Assembly: GCA_048885525.1 (NCBI GenBank)
Contig: JBHLLP010000011.1
Coordinates: 1,552 to 65,551 of the forward strand
Source of the DNA: Candidatus Hermodarchaeota archaeon
GTDB lineage: Archaea > Asgardarchaeota > Lokiarchaeia > Sigyniarchaeales > SOKP01
DNA: 64,000 nucleotides
Reading direction: 5' to 3'
Below the pieces are notes generated by a model. It did no database searches. It had not been told where the DNA came from and saw only the letters and a program-made list of their open reading frames with translations. A program made the position numbers and the translations under genes. Shown piece after piece: positions 47,491 through 57,222 of the stretch; position 1 is the first letter of the stretch; every line of letters starts with the position of its first letter.

Positions 47491-48609
47491 TTGAAAAATC
47501 AAGACCGTATTTTAAATACATTTTCTCATAAACCATTGGATAGGATAGTTTTTTCACCTCGGCTTTATTATTGGTATCGGGGAAATAAATTATGGAAGAG
47601 ACCGCGAACAGATAAAAATTGCGCTGGAAAGATACCTGCTTATATTTCAAGACAAACCATGCTAAAAATTTATGATCATCTCGAAGCCAGTCCTAGATAT
47701 GTAATAGAAGATTTTTACATTCCAATAATTTGGCCAAGAAAAAAAGTAAAATATATCCAAATTGGATGGAGCTTTGATAAACAGGATAGAACGCTAATTA
47801 CTGTTTATAAAACCCGACTGGGGAAATTATATAAAAAAAGTAGAGCGGGACACCTTGTAGAATACCCCATAAAAACAATTCATGATATTAAAATTATGAA
47901 ATATATTCTAGAGCACTCAAAATTCCATTTTTTTTTACCGATGTTTAAACTAGCACAGAGAATAATCGGAGATAGAGGCGTAGTAGGTACTTATTTTGCT
48001 AGAAGTGCATATATGAGGCTGATAATAGAGTATATGGGATTTGAACGTACCATATTATTTTTAAAGAAATTTCCAAGTGAAATTCATAATTTTATGCATT
48101 TTATAGACGAATGTGATAATGAGATGTTTAAAATCCTATGTAACTCCTCCATTCAAATTTTAAATTTTGGTGAAAATATCGATGCTAATTTAGCACCACC
48201 AAAATATTTTGAAAAATATCTAATTCCTCATTATGAAAAAAGAGTAAAACAATTACATAAGTTTGGGAAGTTTTGTCATATTCATATGGATGGATCTTTA
48301 AGAGATCTACTGCCTTATTTAGAAGATTTACCATTTGATGGATTAGAAGCCCTTACTGCCAAACCTCAAGGAGACGTAACTCTGAAAGAATTACAAGAAT
48401 CTATTGGAAGTAAAGTTTTATTGGATGGAATTCCGGCTATCCTTTTTCTACCTCAATATTCATTTAAATATGTTAGACAATATACGTATGATGTCTTAGA
48501 AATGTTCTCTCCAAATTTAATATTAGGAGTTTCAGATGAATTACCTCCAAACTCCGATTTTAGAAAAGTAGAAATGGTAGCCGGTATTGTAAAGAATTTT
48601 AATCCATAA
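47491..48609 (+). CDS. uroporphyrinogen decarboxylase (URO-D) family protein (MtaA/CmuA-like TIM barrel)
   Basis: TTG start. ILNTFSHKPLDRIVF at the N-terminus and HIHMDGSLRDLLPYLEDLPFDGLEALT plus GVSDELPPN resemble URO-D-family barrels. Assignment is from memory. Confidence 0.45.
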   Translation: MKNQDRILNTFSHKPLDRIVFSPRLYYWYRGNKLWKRPRTDKNCAGKIPAYISRQTMLKIYDHLEASPRYVIEDFYIPIIWPRKKVKYIQIGWSFDKQDRTLITVYKTRLGKLYKKSRAGHLVEYPIKTIHDIKIMKYILEHSKFHFFLPMFKLAQRIIGDRGVVGTYFARSAYMRLIIEYMGFERTILFLKKFPSEIHNFMHFIDECDNEMFKILCNSSIQILNFGENIDANLAPPKYFEKYLIPHYEKRVKQLHKFGKFCHIHMDGSLRDLLPYLEDLPFDGLEALTAKPQGDVTLKELQESIGSKVLLDGIPAILFLPQYSFKYVRQYTYDVLEMFSPNLILGVSDELPPNSDFRKVEMVAGIVKNFNP

Positions 48610-48730
48610 AAATCTAATGTATTTTTAAAAAATATTATAAAGAATATCTGGAATATAATATCATAATAATTTATTGTATACCAATAAACTAGTGAAAAAT
48701 AGAAATTAATAAGATAAAGTGAGAAATATA

Positions 48731-50224
48731 ATGTCTGATAATATTACAATTCAAGTATTTTTCATTGGAAAACCACAATGGGAAGGTGGGTGGCCTTATG
48801 TAGGCTTTGATAATGAATCATTGATAAAATCCATTCTCGATCACTTAAATGAGAAATTTCCGAAAATTGAGTTTAAGGCTAATGAGATGATTGGAACTTA
48901 TGATAAAAATTTAGTGGAGAAAATTAAAAAAGAAATATTGGAAGCAGATGGTTTGATAATTTATACAATTGGGCACTACGGTGACCCTGGTTTAATTCAA
49001 TCTGGTATTGAAATAATAGAATGTAGAAGACTTCCTATAATCCTTGCTAATCTTATTTATGCAGGTGATCATACATTTACAAAAATTTTTGTAGGTATTA
49101 AGGACAAAAATTTGCCTGTCTATGCAATATCTTCCAAAAATTTGGAAGATTTTGACAAACCAATTGAAATAATGCATAATATCTTGAGAATAAAAGAAAA
49201 AAGAATCTCAGTTTATGCTAGTGATTCAAGTGAGATGAATTGGAAGGTCATCTTAGGATTAATAAATCCAGAACGTAAAAATGTCGTGAAAGAATTTCCT
49301 GATTTTATTGAACAGGTTGGAAAACTAAGTGATGAGAAATTTGAATTTTACACAGACTTCGCTGGAATTGACCAAGCCCATCAATGGAGAATAGATGAAA
49401 AAAAATATCAAGAAAATTTAAAAAATATTTTTGGCGTTGAGATGATAAGAGAAAATCCAGATGATATCCTTAAGTATTACAATGAAGCAGACAAAGAAGG
49501 AGCTAGGAAAATAGCAGAAAAGTGGACAGAAAATGCAAAAATTGTTGAACCAACTGAAAAAACAATATTAAATTCCGCTAAATTATATCTTGGATTTAAA
49601 AACATGATAAGGGATAAAAAATCTGAGATCTTTACACCAGATTGTGGAACATTTCTATTAACAGGTAAAATGCCGGCGTTTCCTTGTATGGCTTTTTTTG
49701 AATTAACAAATGAGGGACATTATGGAATTTGTGAATCCGATATGGACTCAGCAATAAGTTATTTATTCGGTTTATATTTAACTAATAGACCTGGATTTGT
49801 ATCAAACCATACTCTTGATACAGTTAATAATCAAATCACTTATATGCATTGTGTTGGGGCAAATAGGTTATTGGGTATTGATGGTCCACCTGCAGAATAT
49901 GACATCATACATCATGGAGAATCTGGCTTTATAGGTGCTTGTCCTAGGATTAAATTTCCAATAGGTGAGATAGTAACAACTATTAAAATCAGCGTATTCG
50001 AAGGAAAAATTGAAATTAGGCAAGGTAAAATTATCGGTAATCCTGAGGATAAAGGAGGATGTGTATCTAAAATGCTTGTAGAAAGTAATGTCAATAAGAT
50101 TTTAGAAACATATGATTGGGAAACTTTTGGGTGGCATCGCATTAGTTTTATTGGAGATTGGAAAGAAGAATTCATGATTGGCGCCAAATTACTAGGATTA
50201 AAAATTATTGACCAAACTAACTAA
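48731..50224 (+). CDS. L-fucose/L-arabinose isomerase family-like protein (COG2407-like)
   Basis: N-terminal Rossmann-like part with ADGLIIYTIGH. The GHYGICESDMDSAISYL block resembles the catalytic CE.D segment. C-terminal GWHRISFIGDW. The start is set at ATG 48731 (the track start is GTG 48719). Confidence 0.4.
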   Translation: MSDNITIQVFFIGKPQWEGGWPYVGFDNESLIKSILDHLNEKFPKIEFKANEMIGTYDKNLVEKIKKEILEADGLIIYTIGHYGDPGLIQSGIEIIECRRLPIILANLIYAGDHTFTKIFVGIKDKNLPVYAISSKNLEDFDKPIEIMHNILRIKEKRISVYASDSSEMNWKVILGLINPERKNVVKEFPDFIEQVGKLSDEKFEFYTDFAGIDQAHQWRIDEKKYQENLKNIFGVEMIRENPDDILKYYNEADKEGARKIAEKWTENAKIVEPTEKTILNSAKLYLGFKNMIRDKKSEIFTPDCGTFLLTGKMPAFPCMAFFELTNEGHYGICESDMDSAISYLFGLYLTNRPGFVSNHTLDTVNNQITYMHCVGANRLLGIDGPPAEYDIIHHGESGFIGACPRIKFPIGEIVTTIKISVFEGKIEIRQGKIIGNPEDKGGCVSKMLVESNVNKILETYDWETFGWHRISFIGDWKEEFMIGAKLLGLKIIDQTN

Positions 50225-50367
50225 TCTGTTTTGTCATTACTTACAAAATATTTGTTTTAATTTTTGCAATTTTAGAGGAATAAGATTTAAAATAAATAAA
50301 TGAATTCATTTTAATTATACTTTTAAAAATTCTTTATAAGAAATCTAAGAAAAAAGTAGAAATAATT

Positions 50368-51720
50368 ATGACTGAAACAGAAATTATAACAAGAGGTAAA
50401 AGTCCAAGAAGTAAATTTTTCTTATTTGGATTACCCAAGTTTGGAACAAATATTCTCATGGGCTTCGCAGATTTTGCTTTAGCTACTCTCTACATTCTAG
50501 CTTTTCAAGTTACACCATTTCTAGTTGGGTTTGCCTTAGCTATGGGGAAGCTCACTATTGCTCTCTCTCAGTTCGGTTTCGGTTGGATAAGCGATGCTAA
50601 ATATACCCGTTGGGGGAGAAGAAAACCCTATTTAATTTTTTTAAGTCCTATTCTTGGATTATCATTCTTTTTTTTATTATTGCCGAATTTAATAATTGAT
50701 CTTGCTGATAAAACTGCACTATTTCTTTGGTTATTAATCTTGTATCAAATTTTTAACATTAGTTATGGTATTACATCTCCATATGGTTCATGGATGGCAG
50801 AACAGTTTTCTACTGATGAACGCCCCAGAGCATCTTATTACGAACAAATAATTGGTTTTATAGGATCAGGTGCGATGTCGATATTTTCAATGATAATTCT
50901 AACAGGAGTTATCGAGGAAATTCAGAGTAATCCCAATGTTATGCCTATAGAATATTTTCTTTCTGTTACAATCTTTGGAATTATCCCTATAGTACTCTTT
51001 TATTTAGTGAGTTTCTTAATGCCCACAGAGCCACATTTTAAGATAGATTCAAACATATTTCAAAATTTAAAAATAATTATAAAAAACAGAAATTATTTAC
51101 TCGTAAATTTAATGATTGGTATTGCTAGTATCGCATGGATAATGGTAGGATCTTTACTTCTCTCATACATAGAAGTTGTATTAGCTTTTGAGCAAATGTA
51201 TTATTATATGGCGGCTGGTTTCTTCTTGATAGGGATAGTTGGGTTCCTCTATTTGTGGCGAAAATTGACATCTAAATTAGGGAAGAAACAGAGTGTATTA
51301 TATATTTTCTTGGTAGCAATAATTTTTCTTCCCTTCTCCTTACTTGGCTTAATCCCAATGGATCCATCTTTTATTTTTGGATTGATTTTTATCATTGGAT
51401 TAACAGGATGTTTAGCTGGTTGGTTTTTACTCCCTTCCATTATCATAGCAGATATAACTGAGGATGATCAAAAAACAACTGGAGAGTTAAGAGCAGGGAT
51501 ATATAAAGGCTTTCCTAGTATAATTCTAAACCTCTTCCAAACTTTTGGGTTATTACTTATGGGAGTAATTTTAGAATTGCCAGATATTACCGTTGGAACT
51601 TCAACCTTTTCTTGGGGTTATGTTATATGGGGTCCCATCTGTTCGGTAATTCTAATTGGAGCATATTTATACTCACGAAAATTTGTACAACTTGATTTTG
51701 AATGGGAAAAAACTGAATAA
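50368..51720 (+). CDS. MFS/GPH family glycoside-pentoside-hexuronide:cation symporter-like transporter
   Basis: About 12 TM helices, with the GPH-type loop motif SDAKYTRWGRRKPYL after TM2. Confidence 0.75.
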   Translation: MTETEIITRGKSPRSKFFLFGLPKFGTNILMGFADFALATLYILAFQVTPFLVGFALAMGKLTIALSQFGFGWISDAKYTRWGRRKPYLIFLSPILGLSFFFLLLPNLIIDLADKTALFLWLLILYQIFNISYGITSPYGSWMAEQFSTDERPRASYYEQIIGFIGSGAMSIFSMIILTGVIEEIQSNPNVMPIEYFLSVTIFGIIPIVLFYLVSFLMPTEPHFKIDSNIFQNLKIIIKNRNYLLVNLMIGIASIAWIMVGSLLLSYIEVVLAFEQMYYYMAAGFFLIGIVGFLYLWRKLTSKLGKKQSVLYIFLVAIIFLPFSLLGLIPMDPSFIFGLIFIIGLTGCLAGWFLLPSIIIADITEDDQKTTGELRAGIYKGFPSIILNLFQTFGLLLMGVILELPDITVGTSTFSWGYVIWGPICSVILIGAYLYSRKFVQLDFEWEKTE

Positions 51721-51929
51721 TGAACTTTCATTTATTTCAGTTTCTTTTTTTTTATTTTAATTCAATGAAAGGAATTCTATATAACTATTATATAACATCA
51801 CCTTTTGAGGTGTATTAATTTAAAAGAAATTCTCTCATCATATTATACAAGCGTTTATATTTTCTAAAATTTAGATAAAATATCATAAAAATGAAATACC
51901 AATTGTTAGAATAAAAAGGTTGAAAAAAT

Positions 51930-52106
51930 ATGAAAGATAATGATCTAAATGCTAGGAAACTTTTAGGAATCCTCCTGATTTATCTCGCAATCCAAACGCC
52001 TATATCGGCTCTTATAAACAATTTTGAGAGTTTTACTTTTGCATTATTGATATCAGTTTTTATTGCTCTTTTCGGAATCTTATTAGTCTTCTCTCCTAAG
52101 CCATAA
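51930..52106 (+). CDS. possible small (58-aa) two-TM protein
   Basis: My own translation (below the track cut-off): MKDNDLNARKLLGILLIYLAIQTPISALINNFESFTFALLISVFIALFGILLVFSPKP. AAAGG lies 9 nt upstream. Confidence 0.25.
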   Translation: MKDNDLNARKLLGILLIYLAIQTPISALINNFESFTFALLISVFIALFGILLVFSPKP

Positions 52107-52227
52107 TTAAACAATAAAAGAAAAAATCTTTTTTTTTAATTTTATTTAGATTGTGGTTTTCAAACAATCGTTTTATTGTCTTCCTAAAAGTCATTTTTAA
52201 ATAGGATTGGAAGGTTAATTAAATTAT

Positions 52228-53094
52228 ATGAAGGGTCTAGAAAAATTAAAAGAAAAGTTACCAGATTATCAAGGAAAAAGAATCTTAAAAATTTTGATAA
52301 TAACTGCTGCTATTGTTATAAGCTCCTTGTTTTTTCAATTTATAATGGATTCAATACCTCGGATTCTTGGTAATATCGTCTTCTTGCAGATTTTAGCTCC
52401 ATTAACTCCTATATTGGGTTCATTAATTATAATAGTAATTGGTTTTATGCTAGTTTATTCTTTCTGGCGATCTCGAGATAAATATTTGAGTAAATATGGT
52501 GAATTAGCTTACCAAAGAGCATTTAAATTTGTAGTAACTGGTGTACCGATGGTAATTACGGTTGTAATCCACAGCTTTTTCCCGACTGATTTAATTGTAC
52601 CTTATCAGAATACCCACAACCTTACTTGGTATTTGGGAACCCCAATTCTGGATATATTATTCGGCTTTTCTATATTAGTTTTGTGTGTTAGATTAATACT
52701 AGGGATAATTTTTGTAGGTTTAGGGATGGCTGTTGTCCGGAAAGCTATAAAGATTTTCGGTATCGACTATATGGGATTAGTTTATATATATTATCCTGAG
52801 CAGTCTACACTCCAAGATCATGAAATCTACTCTATATTACGTCATCCAACTTATCATACTTTAATGCTATTTAGTTTTGGAAGCATTTTTTTTCGATTCT
52901 CAATCTATTCTATTATCTATTTTATCATATTTATAATTGGAATTAATTTACACTTGAAATTTGTAGAAGAAAAAGAATTAATTCAAAGATTCGGAGAACA
53001 ATATAAAAAATATAAAGAAAACGTCCCTGCTTTATTTGTAAGATATAAAGATCTTAAACGATACTTTTCAATAATCTTCAAAAAAAGTATTTAG
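52228..53094 (+). CDS. ICMT/phospholipid methyltransferase family protein (long N-terminal membrane extension)
   Basis: HEIYSILRHPTYHTLMLF plus VEEKELIQRFGEQYKKYKENVPALF. Confidence 0.75.
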   Translation: MKGLEKLKEKLPDYQGKRILKILIITAAIVISSLFFQFIMDSIPRILGNIVFLQILAPLTPILGSLIIIVIGFMLVYSFWRSRDKYLSKYGELAYQRAFKFVVTGVPMVITVVIHSFFPTDLIVPYQNTHNLTWYLGTPILDILFGFSILVLCVRLILGIIFVGLGMAVVRKAIKIFGIDYMGLVYIYYPEQSTLQDHEIYSILRHPTYHTLMLFSFGSIFFRFSIYSIIYFIIFIIGINLHLKFVEEKELIQRFGEQYKKYKENVPALFVRYKDLKRYFSIIFKKSI

Positions 53095-54014
53095 GGGTTA
53101 TAATCAGGATGAATTACTCCTAGATCTTCTAATAACGGAACCAGGAACAGATTATAAAAATCTTTGATATGTAATAATTTCCCTAAATATACATTTAAAA
53201 AATCCTGTATTTCATAGTTGATTTTATTGATATCAATAAAGCTGTATTCTGGTTCAATTTGAATCCTATTTAGATTTAGAGGAGTTAATTGTTTAATTAT
53301 TAAATATAGCATAAATTGAGTAAAGGTGCTCTCAACTAACTGTTCCTCCTCTTCAGCTAGTTCATATGCTTCATGTGTTATTTTATTTCTTAGTTCTCTT
53401 ACTTTTTTTGTTAATATTTCAAGGTTTTGTGGTAAGTGTAATTCCTCAATTTTTTGGATCACTGATTTATTATTATGATCCTCAACTTGTGAATTTAAGT
53501 ATTCTACTAAAGTTGTGTAAAAGTGAATCAAGAATTTAAAAGAATCAATAGATTTATCTTCTTTCCACTTATTATAGGAAGTTCCCCAATCGTTGAAATT
53601 AACTTCATCTAAAGCATTTTTAATATTTTTCTTAATTTTATCAACCTTCTCTATAAAATAATCTGAATAATCCATATAGGGTTTCTCATTCGAGATAAAC
53701 TGGTATTTATATGTCTTCCCAAATTCCTTAATTGCACCCAATTTTTTAATAAGAGATGGATCTTCTATTTTTTCTTTTTTCCCGATTTCTGAAACAAATT
53801 TTATTAGATATCCACATTCTGGACAATATGTTACATATGAACCTCGAAATGAAGTGAATGGTTTAAGCTCAAGCTGATGCTTCCCATTTGGGAACTCTAT
53901 AAGATCACCCTGGGATTCTAAGGGATCAAAATGTGTTTTTTCATAATGAAAAGATACTGGAATAAATTTATAATTACAAACTGGACAATTCACTTTTTCT
54001 TTCCTTTGTTTCAT
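53091..54014 (-). CDS. zinc-ribbon protein with a HEPN-like (RNxxxH) helical C-terminal domain
   Basis: CPVCNYKF ... YCPECGY forms a split ribbon. The helical C-terminal half contains KKVRELRNKITHEAYEL (an R-x4-H HEPN-type motif, RN..TH). It overlaps the convergent ICMT gene by 4 nt. Confidence 0.45.
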   Translation of the reverse strand: MKQRKEKVNCPVCNYKFIPVSFHYEKTHFDPLESQGDLIEFPNGKHQLELKPFTSFRGSYVTYCPECGYLIKFVSEIGKKEKIEDPSLIKKLGAIKEFGKTYKYQFISNEKPYMDYSDYFIEKVDKIKKNIKNALDEVNFNDWGTSYNKWKEDKSIDSFKFLIHFYTTLVEYLNSQVEDHNNKSVIQKIEELHLPQNLEILTKKVRELRNKITHEAYELAEEEEQLVESTFTQFMLYLIIKQLTPLNLNRIQIEPEYSFIDINKINYEIQDFLNVYLGKLLHIKDFYNLFLVPLLEDLGVIHPDYNP

Positions 54015-54443
54015 AGTATATCGTAAGTTTTATTTTTGTATTGATAAAAACCAAGTTACTAAATAATAAAACCTTCTATATTAGGTTTATTAAAAGAGAA
54101 TCCTAGTAAAGTCTGAAATTGGTTTGAATCTTCTTAATTATTTACGTTTAAATATAATTTTTTTTAAATTTTTCACACTTGAATTAAAATTTGTATCTAA
54201 TTTTAATCTTAATATATTTTTTGTTAAATAAGTTGGATTTTCCAGGAGATATTAAAGATTAAGTAATATATATTAAAAAATACGTCAAAAGTCTAAAAAA
54301 TCTCAAGACAATCTCGAAATATCTGAAAATTTTAAAAAAAATAAATTTAATTCACGAAGACAAAATAGATAATCAATTATTATACTTCTTAAAAGAAGAA
54401 TACTTAATACAGAATAATTGATTTATCAAAGGTTTGAAGTGAA

Positions 54444-55112
54444 TTGAGTTTGGATAAAAGAGGAAAGAGAATAATTTACTTAAGTCATTGTCTAGTTAAC
54501 CAAAACTTAAGATTTCCTGGTATTGCTGTAGAAAGTGGAGCAATACAAGAGCTTATAATTCCTATTATAAAAAATGGAATAGGAATAGAAACTCTACCTT
54601 GTCTTGAGAGATTAGGATGGGGTGGTATTAAAAGGAAAGCTTTTTTCAAATATTATCCAATGATTTCTAGAAATATAGGTTTATTAAAATTTTCAATAAT
54701 CAAGCTTTTTCTAAGAATGTGGTTAAGAAAATTTAAGAATCTCTGTAAGAAAGAAGCAAAAAAAGTCGTTCTGCAAATGCAAGATTATTTAAATTCAGGA
54801 TATTCAATTTTGGGGATTATCACTTCAAATGACAGTCCTACGTGTGGTTATACTAAAACAATTAATTTCCTAAGACTAGTATCAAAATTTAAGGATTTAG
54901 ATATAAAAGAAGAATTTCAAAATCCTACACTCGAAAGAATGAAAAATGTTATTCCTAATCTTTGTGAAAATGGTACTGGCTATTTTATATCGGAAATTGC
55001 AAAGCTAATGAAAAAAAGAAAGCTTGAAATAAATGTCATTGGATTCAACATTTGGAATAATCTACTTAAAGAAACTCAAAAAATATTAAGCAAATTGAAT
55101 CTAAACAATTAA
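54444..55112 (+). CDS. hypothetical protein, possibly DUF523-like
   Basis: TTG start. IIYLSHCLVNQNLRFPG and SNDSPTCGY loosely resemble the DUF523 SaCLlG..vRy.G / SPSCG blocks. Confidence 0.3.
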   Translation: MSLDKRGKRIIYLSHCLVNQNLRFPGIAVESGAIQELIIPIIKNGIGIETLPCLERLGWGGIKRKAFFKYYPMISRNIGLLKFSIIKLFLRMWLRKFKNLCKKEAKKVVLQMQDYLNSGYSILGIITSNDSPTCGYTKTINFLRLVSKFKDLDIKEEFQNPTLERMKNVIPNLCENGTGYFISEIAKLMKKRKLEINVIGFNIWNNLLKETQKILSKLNLNN

Positions 55113-55146
55113 TACTCCAAATAGTTTTTATTTATCATAACTATTT

Positions 55147-55887
55147 TTAATTAGGAAATTTATTTTCTTCAAGATCTTCAGGAGGCCAACCTCTTGGTGT
55201 TTTGTAATCCTTAATAAATCGAAAGTCGCAAATATCTGCTCCTGCTGCTAAAGTTTTGGTTCTTTTAAACCCTATACCAAGAGCTCTCATTCTAGCATAA
55301 TCACATAAACATACATAAGGGGCAAATTCTCCAACATTTTCTTTATCTATAAGTTTAAGCCAACCACACTCAGTAAAATTAAAACCATAATTGAATGATT
55401 TATCATCACTTTCTACAAATTCACCAACCCAATTTTCTGTATATAAGTTCTTTTGAGTCTTCTTTAACCAATTTTTCCAATAATTTTTCATCTTTTTAGA
55501 GAAAATAGCTTTTCGATATAGCCATTTTTTAAGCGGAGAGATAGATTGAACATATTTTTCAGCAATATCATATATTAATTTTCCCAATTCTCGCTCAGAT
55601 AAGTTGATAGATTTACAAGCTTTATAAAATGCTAGAGTCTCTGCTGATTGGATCATTAATGAAGTGAAAGGTGATTTATCACCTCCCACATACGGAAGTC
55701 TTGAAAGAAGGTGCTCAAGCTCATGAAAAGCATTTTTTATAATATCTTCAATCAAATCTTCATCATAATTTAGTAATACATTTTGTTTTGCAATTTTAAC
55801 CAACGAATCAAATTGTTTTAAAATTTTCTTTTTATGTTTTATGTAATATCCTTTAGTTTCTTCAATTTTCTTATCATCTTTAGTCAT
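55147..55887 (-). CDS. L-2-amino-thiazoline-4-carboxylic acid hydrolase (ATC hydrolase)-like protein
   Basis: The C-terminal Cys-containing block FTECGWLKLI...APYVCLCDYARMRALGIGFKRTKTLAAGADICDFRF is characteristic of that family as I recall it. Confidence 0.5.
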   Translation of the reverse strand: MTKDDKKIEETKGYYIKHKKKILKQFDSLVKIAKQNVLLNYDEDLIEDIIKNAFHELEHLLSRLPYVGGDKSPFTSLMIQSAETLAFYKACKSINLSERELGKLIYDIAEKYVQSISPLKKWLYRKAIFSKKMKNYWKNWLKKTQKNLYTENWVGEFVESDDKSFNYGFNFTECGWLKLIDKENVGEFAPYVCLCDYARMRALGIGFKRTKTLAAGADICDFRFIKDYKTPRGWPPEDLEENKFPN

Positions 55888-55963
55888 AATTACTATTCAT
55901 GAATTACATTTAAGATGTATTTTCTATATATTATTTAAAATCTCGTTTATATTAACTAATTTT

Positions 55964-56407
55964 TCATAAATTCTCTAAAATTATTTTCAAATTTTGACCT
56001 TCTTCAATCATATGCTGAACAATTTTTCCTACTGTTTTTTTCGCAACTTTTGAAAGAAATTTTCCCATCCGGAAATCTAAAGTTGCAGTAAAAATACTAC
56101 AATTTTTAGAGGTTTCAATTTCAAAACTACCCCCAATAAGAATGAGTTTTAAAGAACCTACAGTTTTGAATTTATATAATTTATTTAGAATAAGATCTGT
56201 CACTCTTGATCTCATTTTTAATAATTCTCCCTTAATATTTTCTTCAGAATACAAGATTGATCCAATTTTATTTGGCTCACCTTCTTCCCAATAAGATTTT
56301 ATATGAGAAGGATGCCATTCACAGTAATTATCTGTGAAATTTAAGAGCCATTCCCATATATTTTCAGGAGGGACATTTATTTCGATAGATTCTTTTAGAG
56401 TTTTCAT
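55964..56407 (-). CDS. SRPBCC (START/polyketide cyclase-like) family protein
   Basis: 147 aa. The IEINVPPENIWEWL start is typical of SRPBCC ligand-binding proteins. Confidence 0.6.
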   Translation of the reverse strand: MKTLKESIEINVPPENIWEWLLNFTDNYCEWHPSHIKSYWEEGEPNKIGSILYSEENIKGELLKMRSRVTDLILNKLYKFKTVGSLKLILIGGSFEIETSKNCSIFTATLDFRMGKFLSKVAKKTVGKIVQHMIEEGQNLKIILENL

Positions 56408-56568
56408 GATTTAGATGATAATTTAATCATTATTAAAATTAATTGATTTTAAATTTAGAATTCTAATTATTTTCAATAAAAGAGAAAAATTACATTAATA
56501 TAAAGTATCCAGTAATTTATCTTAAAGGTACTTTACTTTTTTACACTAGTTTTAATTTTATAAAAGAT

Positions 56569-57009
56569 TTATTTTGCAGGAATATCTGCTAAATAATATA
56601 TCAAAATTAAAGAGAGCTCAACAAAACCTTTCCCTTTATGACTAAGATTATAAAGAACTGATGGAGGATGTGTATCTTGGACAGTTCGAGTAATTAATTC
56701 AAGTTCAAGAAGCTGTTTAAGGCAATCAGATAATGTTCTTGATGAGATCTTTTCTAAGTGGCGCGTGATATCATTAAAAGTTAGTCCATTATGAATTTCC
56801 AGTTCATATAGAATTTCTACATTCCATTTTTTAGTTACAAACTTAAATATATTCAAAAAAAATCTAATTTCATCAATTTTCCTTTTTTCATCATGTATAG
56901 TTTCTGTAAAATGCTTATCTAATGCCTTTCTGATAAGTGGTCTTGAAGTTTTAATAATTTCCTTAAAAGATTCAAATTCATTATATTTAAATATCTCCAT
57001 AGTTATCAA
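56569..57009 (-). CDS. HxlR family winged-helix transcriptional regulator
   Basis: KKWNVEILYELEIHNGLTFNDITRHLEKISSRTLSDCLKQLLELELITRTV matches the HxlR core. There is an N-terminal extension of about 50 aa. Confidence 0.75.
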   Translation of the reverse strand: MITMEIFKYNEFESFKEIIKTSRPLIRKALDKHFTETIHDEKRKIDEIRFFLNIFKFVTKKWNVEILYELEIHNGLTFNDITRHLEKISSRTLSDCLKQLLELELITRTVQDTHPPSVLYNLSHKGKGFVELSLILIYYLADIPAK

Positions 57010-57082
57010 GAAAAGTTTTTTTAATCAGATAAAACGACAAGTAGCTTATAATAAACATATATATTTTAGGTTTTTTAAAATG

Positions 57083-57099
57083 ATGGTAACAATTACCAT
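57083..57099. promoter_or_regulatory. inverted repeat ATGGTAA-CAA-TTACCAT in the HxlR / radical SAM divergent intergenic region (candidate operator)
   Basis: Perfect 7-bp arms with a 3-nt spacer. A further TTACCAT half-site lies at 57161-57167. Confidence 0.35.
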
Positions 57100-57222
57100 A
57101 AAACTTCTCATCGTTAAATTTTTTGAAAATTCCCTTTTCTATCATGGAGATATTGAATTTTTACCATAAATGTTAAAAAAACAACAAATAATAATAGGAA
57201 TAAATCCATAAATATCATTATC

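Noticed and set aside
54015-54443. The 430-bp AT-rich intergenic region upstream of the Zn-ribbon/HEPN gene as a possible ncRNA or degraded gene
   Set aside because: I saw no stable long-range pairing, no conserved-looking motif and no ORF remnant. There are only trivial hairpins such as CTTCTT-AA-AAGAAG, whose loop is too tight to form.
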